In this document: piece by piece, positions 57,074-64,000 of the stretch | Layout: each line of letters starts with the position of its first letter | Position numbering within the stretch: position 1 is the stretch's first letter | Sequence record: OK040170.1 | Direction: 5' to 3' (one strand) | DNA length: 64,000 nucleotides | The notes under the pieces: generated by a model | The model's database searches: none | What the model was told of the DNA's origin: nothing | The model's input: only the letters and a program-made list of their open reading frames with translations | Position numbers and translations under genes: made by a program

Positions 57074-57718
57074 ATGGGTGATACAAAATTCAGGGTTATC
57101 GGCATCGACCCAGGGAGCCGTTGTTTCGGTTTGTCAGTAATTGAATACGACTTAATCAACATGACCGAAACGCTGGTTTACGCAACTACTTTCAAACCAG
57201 ACCCTATTCTTCATGAACGTCATCCGTACATGATCCTCGGGGAGCGCGGCGCACGTCACCGTCTTTGCGAAGACTTTGTCGTAGAGTCTCTCAATACGTT
57301 CAAACCGCATCTCGTCGTCTGCGAATCTGCCTTCCTTAAATTCAAAGCGGTTAACGCTTACCGTTCACTGATCGAAGGTATTGTCACCATTCGCCGTGCT
57401 TTACAACGTTACGACGACACGATGCATTTACTTACCGTTGAACCAAGTGCTGCTAAGAAAGCAGTAGGTGCACGTAACTCGGATAGTCCGGATAAAAAGT
57501 TAATCGTTCGCCTGGCAATAGAGCGAATGAAAACCATGATCAAGAATGTTGCCATTTCTGATCTGGATGAGCACGCAGTCGATGCGGTTGCAATTGGCCA
57601 CTGGGCTATGGATAAATGGCTTAGTGAAATGAAATGTATTATTGAAGGAGTGGATGCATGTTCTTCGTCTTCGAAGGAATGGATGGGGCAGGAAAAACGA
57701 CTTGTCGGGATGGTGTAG
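57074..57718 (+). CDS. ruvC: RuvC-like Holliday junction resolvase
   Basis: VIGIDPGS, VVCESAF, EHAVDAVAIG catalytic D/E/D. Start moved to ATG 57074 (GAGGG RBS) because the longer ORF spans a terminator. Confidence 0.9.
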   Translation: MGDTKFRVIGIDPGSRCFGLSVIEYDLINMTETLVYATTFKPDPILHERHPYMILGERGARHRLCEDFVVESLNTFKPHLVVCESAFLKFKAVNAYRSLIEGIVTIRRALQRYDDTMHLLTVEPSAAKKAVGARNSDSPDKKLIVRLAIERMKTMIKNVAISDLDEHAVDAVAIGHWAMDKWLSEMKCIIEGVDACSSSSKEWMGQEKRLVGMV

Positions 57719-58308
57719 CTAAACGTCTCAGGGAAATGGGTTACGATGTAGTAGTTTGTCGTGAGCCGGGCGGTACCCTCATTGGTGAGCAGATTCGAGA
57801 CTTACTGCTCTTTGATGAATCCAAATACTACCAGAAACTCTCTGAATCGTCCCGTGTGCTGTTATTTAATGCTAGCCGTAGCGAACACCTTGAGCATGTG
57901 ATTAAACCTTCTGTAGAGGCTGGGAAGATCGTTCTCGTCGATCGATGGGTTTATTCTACAATCGCTTATACGGAAAACGAATCAAATCGTTGGGCGGCTG
58001 CCAATATCCACAACGAAGTTATTGGCGATTACGAATGCGATCCAGATCATGTCTTCTTCTTGGATATCGATAAAGAGTCAGCTAAAGAACGTCTTATGGA
58101 ATGTAATGACGGTAAGTTGGACGATATCGAGAAACGTATCCTGGAAGACTTTGACACTCATCGCGAACGTTACGAATGGGCTTTCAAATGCCTTCCCGTT
58201 GACCACTCCGTATTAGATGGTACTGATACTATCGAGAATCTGCAGGATATTGTGTTAACCAAAATATTGCAGGTAATCGAAAATGAAGCTGGGCGAACTC
58301 CTCGATAG
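57658..58308 (+). CDS. tmk: Thymidylate (dTMP) kinase
   Basis: FEGMDGAGKTT P-loop, REPGG, DRWVYSTIAY. Confidence 0.95.
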   Translation: MFFVFEGMDGAGKTTCRDGVAKRLREMGYDVVVCREPGGTLIGEQIRDLLLFDESKYYQKLSESSRVLLFNASRSEHLEHVIKPSVEAGKIVLVDRWVYSTIAYTENESNRWAAANIHNEVIGDYECDPDHVFFLDIDKESAKERLMECNDGKLDDIEKRILEDFDTHRERYEWAFKCLPVDHSVLDGTDTIENLQDIVLTKILQVIENEAGRTPR

Positions 58309-58858
58309 TAGTTATGGCTCGATCGGTATTGGTTATTTGGTTACGACGGACGGCAAAGCTCTCGATAAACTCTTGGGTAAAGCATTGAACCTCACGGACT
58401 ACCATGGTCCGATGACGGCAGATGCCCTCAAGAGAAAACTGGACACTGTCGACGAAACTATCCGCAACCAGATCCGTGACATTGAGATCAGTGACACGAA
58501 GATCAACAATGCGGGTGGCGTGAAGAAAGAGATACGTGACCTGACCGAACCAAGCCCTGGTGAAAGAATGGCACGTAACTGGATGGGTGTACTGATGTGT
58601 CTGGTTATGGCTGGTTGCAACATCGCAATCACAGCCGCAACGGTTATCGTCTCTATCGCTCGGAAAGAATTCCCCAGCACCATGTTGGTCGCTACGGTGA
58701 TTATTCCTACCATGTGTATCGCTTGGTACTACATGGGCATCATCAACAAGGAACGACGAGATATCCTTTCTGCTGTATTCGGGGATAACCTGAAGAACGG
58801 TACGATTGGTGAAATAGTCAGCGTTGTACGTAACCGAAACAAAACTGATCAATCATAG
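58283..58858 (+). CDS. Two-TM membrane protein, holin candidate
   Basis: Two hydrophobic helices (WMGVLMCLVMAGCNIAITAATVIVSI; MLVATVIIPTMCIAWYYMGII); adjacent to spanins. Confidence 0.5.
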   Translation: MKLGELLDSSYGSIGIGYLVTTDGKALDKLLGKALNLTDYHGPMTADALKRKLDTVDETIRNQIRDIEISDTKINNAGGVKKEIRDLTEPSPGERMARNWMGVLMCLVMAGCNIAITAATVIVSIARKEFPSTMLVATVIIPTMCIAWYYMGIINKERRDILSAVFGDNLKNGTIGEIVSVVRNRNKTDQS

Positions 58859-58884
58859 AGGAAAGGGGCGTTTGCCCCTTTCCT
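58859..58884. terminator. Bidirectional hairpin terminator
   Basis: AGGAAAGGGGC-GTTT-GCCCCTTTCCT between convergent stop codons. Confidence 0.85.
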
Positions 58885-59492
58885 TATTTTGCATCGTGGG
58901 TTTTCTTTGCCTGATCTAAAGCTTCGCGAACGTATTGCTGATACTTCTCAAACGCTCCTTTATACTGCACCAGAGCTTCTTGAGCTGCACCTAGATACAC
59001 GGCGCATTGATCTGCTCGATAGGCTTCCCCTTTAAGAAATTGCACAGACGATTCTGGAAGTTTGGCGTAATAGGTTCCATTACTTCCGGCTGGACTTCCG
59101 GTAACTTGACTTCCTTTACCTTTATCTCCAGCGTTTCCGTCGGCGCCTTTGGTGGCGTCAACGCGCAACCAGACATCGCCAATACTGTCAAGCTGAGTGC
59201 GCTGCTTATCAATATTCGTTTTAGCATCATTAAGGCCTTTATTGAGTTTATCGAAACCGTCATCCATTGACTTACTAAGACCATTCAGTTTATCGTCCAA
59301 ACCGGCTTGAAGGCCTTTCTGCAATTCAGAGAGCATTGAGTTACGTGCATCAGTGAGTCGCTTCTCTACTTGTGCATTGATGTATTGATTAACCTTAACT
59401 ACAATGTAGGTAGAGGCAATCGCAATCAGTGCAATGTAAATGTAGAGTTTATACTGGCCAAGGAATGCGGAGATCAACCCTTTAGGATTCAT
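58884..59492 (-). CDS. i-spanin (Rz-like)
   Basis: N-terminal TM helix (LYIYIALIAIASTYIVV), long coiled coil, contains an out-of-frame lipoprotein gene. Confidence 0.8.
   Translation of the reverse strand: MNPKGLISAFLGQYKLYIYIALIAIASTYIVVKVNQYINAQVEKRLTDARNSMLSELQKGLQAGLDDKLNGLSKSMDDGFDKLNKGLNDAKTNIDKQRTQLDSIGDVWLRVDATKGADGNAGDKGKGSQVTGSPAGSNGTYYAKLPESSVQFLKGEAYRADQCAVYLGAAQEALVQYKGAFEKYQQYVREALDQAKKTHDAK
58991..59230 (-). CDS. o-spanin lipoprotein (Rz1-like), embedded in the i-spanin gene
   Basis: MMLKRILISSALSLTVLAMSG-C signal peptide with lipobox, Pro-rich mature part, extra Cys residues; AAAGG upstream. Confidence 0.8.
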   Translation of the reverse strand: MMLKRILISSALSLTVLAMSGCALTPPKAPTETLEIKVKEVKLPEVQPEVMEPITPNFQNRLCNFLKGKPIEQINAPCI

Positions 59493-60739
59493 AGCACGCT
59501 CACTCGTTTAATAAGTAAGAAACCAGCCCGAGAACGCCACGCACGTTTATACCCGTAACGTTGGTCACGGATAACCGTAGCATCGGTGACAGAAGTACTG
59601 TGACGGATATAGTTGTAGTAGTCGTGACGAGGCACACCGATTGCCCAGAAGCCATCACGTTCTTCTACGTTGTACTCAACCAAGAAACCACTGCCCAATT
59701 GAAGCGGTAGGTCAGGTAACTCTTGCCCAGGTGTCAAGTACATACCGGGCAATTCAGTTTCCTTAATCTTCAAGTTCTCAACCGTGATGTTATTGGTTTG
59801 GATAATGAAGAGGAATGACTGAGACAATTTCAGGAATGCTTTAATTGAATCGTCAGAGGTGAATTGACTGGTAACGAATTGGTCTGGTGAGTTGGCATCT
59901 TTAGACAGAGGAATCGAACTCAAATCCAATGTACCGTAAGTCGTATAGAAGATGTCAGGGAAATCCAACAACTGCGTGTTGAACTTAACGCGACGATCGC
60001 CTACGATTGACAGAGTGCCGTTCAATAGATGCATTTGACCTGCTACAACGATACCTACCGTCTTACCGATGAGGTCTTCCGGAGTATCGATAAAGAAGCC
60101 ACGGGACAGAGGTAAATCTTTACCGCCCCCTCGGATCATTTCATCCGTGATGTTGTATGTCTTAATTTCGGCAATACTACTGAAGTCAAGGATACCCACT
60201 CGGTTGTCGTTGTACTTCGCCGCTGCTGCACCTGCCCCTAACAAGGCAATGCCGCCAGTAGGTAAAGTATCTGCCCGGAAAATCAAACCGTTAGTTGTAA
60301 ACAAGGCGTTACGGACGATTCTTTCATAGTCGTCAATACCATCTTTTTTAAGCATGATATCGACACGCTGGTCGGGAAGAAGGTTTTCGCTTTCAGCAAA
60401 GCTAAAGTTAATGCCAGTGGTTTTCATTTCAAAGGCATTAGCAAACATAGCTCTGACGTAGTGCTCACCTTTCATCCCCGTAGGATCATCTTCGTAGAGA
60501 TTCAGCGGGGAAGTGATTTCCAACCAACGTTCTATTTCAGCCGGTGAAGTTCTTAATTGAATGGGAAGCTGGTACAAGTCCAACCAACCTGTAATATTTT
60601 TATCGGTGTCGAACAACTGTACCATGCAAAGGTGATACAGTTGGAAAATGTCATTCAAACGCATCCCTTTTAGGTTAACGTTCTGCCAGTCACCGTAATT
60701 CCCCTTAGGGATAGCTTGCGCGGTCACTATCTGGTACAT
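59489..60739 (-). CDS. Virion structural protein (phiKZ gp139-like)
   Basis: 416 aa; NALFTTNGLIF, RVGILDFSSIA, IVVAGQMHLL; GGAG RBS; synteny. Confidence 0.6.
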   Translation of the reverse strand: MYQIVTAQAIPKGNYGDWQNVNLKGMRLNDIFQLYHLCMVQLFDTDKNITGWLDLYQLPIQLRTSPAEIERWLEITSPLNLYEDDPTGMKGEHYVRAMFANAFEMKTTGINFSFAESENLLPDQRVDIMLKKDGIDDYERIVRNALFTTNGLIFRADTLPTGGIALLGAGAAAAKYNDNRVGILDFSSIAEIKTYNITDEMIRGGGKDLPLSRGFFIDTPEDLIGKTVGIVVAGQMHLLNGTLSIVGDRRVKFNTQLLDFPDIFYTTYGTLDLSSIPLSKDANSPDQFVTSQFTSDDSIKAFLKLSQSFLFIIQTNNITVENLKIKETELPGMYLTPGQELPDLPLQLGSGFLVEYNVEERDGFWAIGVPRHDYYNYIRHSTSVTDATVIRDQRYGYKRAWRSRAGFLLIKRVSVL

Positions 60740-60805
60740 ACTTTCTCCTGTTTAGGCGACGCATTTGTATGTTACCCATCGGCCGATGGATGAACTGAGG
60801 CTAAT

Positions 60806-63034
60806 ATGAACAATACTAAGTATCAGTACGACTTTGATCCATACGGGACAAATCCCGAGAACAAGATCGTATCAGAACCACATACCATTACTGCCGTTAA
60901 TGGTACAGATTTTAACTTTGTCGTCCCACGCTTTGCTCCTTTTTTCCGAAGAGACATCGTTGTTCGTAACTCCTCTACCGGTGCAAGATTGCGTCCTAAC
61001 GTAGACTACTATTTCGGTTTCCGTTTCGACCAGATCCTGGTAAGTGGCAGTATGCAACCAGTCTATGGTGCGATCGTATTTAACGACCGTACTTTGTCGG
61101 GTAATATCGAGATCGATTACCAGACTCTCGGTGGTGAATTCGTTCTGAGTGAGTCTCAAGTTCTTGAGATCCTCGCTAACAAACTGATCGACCCACGCAC
61201 GGTCACTTGGGGGTCTATCGTAGACTTGCCAACTGAGTTCCCGCCGATCCCTCACCGAGTTAACGCTGAAGACATGGTAGGGATGTCAGAGGTTGTTGCT
61301 TCTAACTACAACATTGCAGATGCTATCCGTGAAGGTAACGTCAAAGCGATGGAAGCGTTGATGGAGCACATCCAGGACCACAACAACCCGCACCACATTA
61401 CCCTGGCAGATCTGGGTATTGACCAGCTGGGTAACCTGGTACCTGCATCTAAAGAGCAAGCGGAAGGTGGTACAGATAATACCTACTACATGACTGCTCT
61501 CCGTACGAAGCAGTTTACTAACGCGAACGTTATCCCGGTTATCGATGCCCACAAAGCAGATGACAGTAACCCGCATAACGTAACAGCGGCTCAGGTTGGC
61601 TTGGGTCTGGTTAACAACTGGCGCGCTGCCAACCAAAACGAAGCAGCTGCTGGCGTAGCCGATAACCTTTACATGGTACCGAGTACAACCACTACGTTGG
61701 TACAGACTCTGGTTCCAGTTCTGATGCGTTCGCACACCGATCGCCAGGACAACCCGCACCAGGTAACTGCAACCCAGGTTGGTTTGGGTAACGTACCTAA
61801 CTTCCCAATGGCTACAGAAGAGCAAGCAATTGGTGGCGTGAACCGTAATACGTTCATGTCTCCGTACTTGGTCAACCTGGCACTGAAGAACGGCTCTGAA
61901 CAACCACTGATCGAGCACATCAACAACCACAACAACCCTCACGAAGTTACAGCCGCTCAAGTAGGTCTGGACTTGGTGAACAACTACGCTATGGCTAACG
62001 CATCTGATGCAAACGCCATGACTCGTTCTGACCTGTATCTGTCTCCTCAGAACCTGGGTAGTTGGTGGAGTGCTGTTGCTCGTGTATATATCGACCAGCA
62101 GATTGCCAATGGTCTGAACATGACCAAAGACGACGTGGGTCTGGGTCTGGTAGTTAACGCCGGTTTCGCAACCGACGCCGAAGCTATCGATCCGAGTAAA
62201 ACTCAGGTCTACATGGATCCTAAGGGAACTAACCTGGCAATCCTTAATAAAGATCTGGTGAAAGCTTACAGTATCCAACCGGCTTACATGGATACGTTGG
62301 CAAAAGGTTTCCCTGCGACGATGTTTGTTGCGACGATGCCTAACCTGTCGAGTGGTTTGAACAACACTTGGACAAGTACGTTGCGCACCATCAAGTCACC
62401 GTTTAACCGTGACTCAGCTGTCAGTGTTATTTTGTCTCCTTCTCCGGCGACTTATTATCAGCGTGCTTTCGTTGATGCAAGTAGCACCGGGATTCAACCA
62501 GGTTTCATCTTCGGTTATCAAGGAACAGATACCGACCCAGTGAAATACGCTGCGATCTTCTTTAAGAACAAAGCATGTTACCTGGGTACGTACGAAAACC
62601 AAAACTGGACTTACGGCCCAGACGTAGCCTTGGCTTCTCTGACCGGTACTTCGGTTCAAGTAACGTGTACAGTTTCAGGTAAGAATATTGCCGTGACCGT
62701 AGGTACAACCACCGTCAACGTCGATATCTCTGCGCTGGTCTTCAATGCGACCAACTATACGTGGCGTGCAGGTTACGTGAACGTAGGTAGTGCACCGACG
62801 GAGTTTACTCCTGTCTCCATGCCTGCCTTTACTGGGAAAATCGTTGATGTTATCGATTACCTGGATTACACGTTCAGTAACAACACCTGGACAGTAGTGG
62901 CTACTAACGATTCGCAAACGATCAGTAATGATCTGACCGCCGGTCGTCGTTGCTACAACTACGCTACCGGGGAGTGCTTCGCGGTGACTGCACCAGAAGA
63001 GTACTTCGCCATCACGCAACCTGTCTCTGTTTAA
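60806..63034 (+). CDS. Tail fibre / baseplate-attached fibre protein
   Basis: YDFDPYGTNPENKI N-terminal domain, YQTLGGEF, repeated HxxxxxNPHxVTAxQVGL units. Confidence 0.8.
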   Translation: MNNTKYQYDFDPYGTNPENKIVSEPHTITAVNGTDFNFVVPRFAPFFRRDIVVRNSSTGARLRPNVDYYFGFRFDQILVSGSMQPVYGAIVFNDRTLSGNIEIDYQTLGGEFVLSESQVLEILANKLIDPRTVTWGSIVDLPTEFPPIPHRVNAEDMVGMSEVVASNYNIADAIREGNVKAMEALMEHIQDHNNPHHITLADLGIDQLGNLVPASKEQAEGGTDNTYYMTALRTKQFTNANVIPVIDAHKADDSNPHNVTAAQVGLGLVNNWRAANQNEAAAGVADNLYMVPSTTTTLVQTLVPVLMRSHTDRQDNPHQVTATQVGLGNVPNFPMATEEQAIGGVNRNTFMSPYLVNLALKNGSEQPLIEHINNHNNPHEVTAAQVGLDLVNNYAMANASDANAMTRSDLYLSPQNLGSWWSAVARVYIDQQIANGLNMTKDDVGLGLVVNAGFATDAEAIDPSKTQVYMDPKGTNLAILNKDLVKAYSIQPAYMDTLAKGFPATMFVATMPNLSSGLNNTWTSTLRTIKSPFNRDSAVSVILSPSPATYYQRAFVDASSTGIQPGFIFGYQGTDTDPVKYAAIFFKNKACYLGTYENQNWTYGPDVALASLTGTSVQVTCTVSGKNIAVTVGTTTVNVDISALVFNATNYTWRAGYVNVGSAPTEFTPVSMPAFTGKIVDVIDYLDYTFSNNTWTVVATNDSQTISNDLTAGRRCYNYATGECFAVTAPEEYFAITQPVSV

Positions 63035-63045
63035 CGAGGTAAACA

Positions 63046-64000
63046 ATGTCTACGAACGTTGAAGTAGTTAAGTACCCGTATGACCCGACAGGTAATGCGA
63101 TTACTAACCGTATCATCAATGAACGCCGTACCGTTGGTCGTGAATACAACCGTGCATTAGCTCCATATGCCGGGCCGTACTATTCTGACTCAATGGTGGT
63201 GACTGATGCAATCACTGCCAAAGTTCTGGTTCGGGATTACGACTATAAGTTGCTTTATCCTGAGCAAGAGGCTGAGCTCCGTATCGGTAAGCCTGTATGT
63301 ACCATGGTTCAGATCCTCAACCTGGATCACACCGACGTTAACCTGACGTATCAAGTTGTCGGTGGCCCGTACAGTACTTCCGTTAACGTGATTGGTAAAC
63401 TCCTTAATGAGATTCAGCAGGACAACCGCCCAGTTCGCTGGGATGACATCCTGGGGAAACCAACTGAGTTCAACCCATCAAAACACCTGACCTCTGCAAC
63501 CGACCTTTACGGTTTGGAATACGTGGTCATGTCGTTGGAAGATATCGTCCAGGCTATCTACCAAGGTGACGTCAGCTCCCACGATGTACTTTACGATTAC
63601 ATTGAGCGAATCAAAAAGTATTTGGACGACAACCTGAATGACCTCCACAACATGGACAATGAGTTGGCTGCTCGTATTGAAGCCGTCAACGTCCGTGTCG
63701 ATTCGACTAACCTCGATCTGAAGGCATTAGGTGATCGTACCGATAAACACATCGGGGATAAAGATAACCCGCACAATACCACCAAAGCACAAGTCGGTCT
63801 GGGGGCAGTGGAGAACTACCGTCCTGCGACTCAACCTGAAGCTGAGGCAGGTACTGCTAACGAAGTGGTCATGACAGCTCTGCGCACTTGGCAGGCGATC
63901 ACTAAGTTTAACACCCTGAACATCGATCCTAAAATCAGTAGTCACATCGCTAACCGAAACAACCCACACGGTGTAACTGCCGCACAAGTTGGTTTAGGTG
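63046..64000 (+). CDS. Tail fibre paralog, 3' end truncated by the window edge (absent from the ORF track)
   Basis: ATG 63046 with GAGG RBS, open to the end; YPYDPTG, YQVVGGPY, WDDILGKPTEFNP and two NPH...AQVGLG repeats mirror ORF 60806. Confidence 0.85.
   Translation, partial: MSTNVEVVKYPYDPTGNAITNRIINERRTVGREYNRALAPYAGPYYSDSMVVTDAITAKVLVRDYDYKLLYPEQEAELRIGKPVCTMVQILNLDHTDVNLTYQVVGGPYSTSVNVIGKLLNEIQQDNRPVRWDDILGKPTEFNPSKHLTSATDLYGLEYVVMSLEDIVQAIYQGDVSSHDVLYDYIERIKKYLDDNLNDLHNMDNELAARIEAVNVRVDSTNLDLKALGDRTDKHIGDKDNPHNTTKAQVGLGAVENYRPATQPEAEAGTANEVVMTALRTWQAITKFNTLNIDPKISSHIANRNNPHGVTAAQVGLG

Noticed and set aside
1-64000. Genome-wide stop-codon reassignment (TGA as sense) to explain the MCP extension
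   Set aside because: Several genes end cleanly at TGA (21123, 33343, 33909, 35240, 47720) and no core gene is interrupted by TGA; the standard code fits.
1-64000. CRISPR arrays, tRNA/rRNA genes, introns or inteins in the RNAP, PolB, DnaB or portal genes
   Set aside because: No regularly spaced DNA repeats or cloverleafs seen; intergenic gaps are short and the core genes are uninterrupted and of expected length.

Overview
64-kb segment of a phiKZ-like jumbo myovirus (probably a nucleus-forming Chimalliviridae member; codon usage suggests an enterobacterial-type host). It carries the conserved core morphogenesis/replication block: split virion RNAP beta' middle subunit, split PolB (exonuclease + motif A half), baseplate wedge/hub proteins, a tandem array of five paralogous inner-head proteins, neck/terminator-like proteins, DnaB, major capsid protein (MCP), non-virion RNAP beta N-terminal subunit, portal, RuvC, dTMP kinase, a holin candidate with embedded spanins and two paralogous tail-fibre genes. 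Accessory genes are a free-standing GIY-YIG homing endonuclease, two GNAT acetyltransferases and a DprA/SLOG-like gene. No tRNA, rRNA or CRISPR array was seen. Family calls rest on motifs read by eye and recalled phiKZ/SPN3US synteny, not on database searches. Two probable translational recoding events stand out. (1) The MCP ends in a leaky UGA-A stop followed by 16 in-frame codons (TLAEAFEETLPGFDPA) that closely match a short motif found at the C-termini of two other virion proteins in this window, which suggests a readthrough-generated docking tag and a motif-based assembly network. (2) A T_TTT_TTT -1 slippery site fuses the 581-aa ORF at 5567 to the ORF at 7354, a lambda G/GT-like arrangement.
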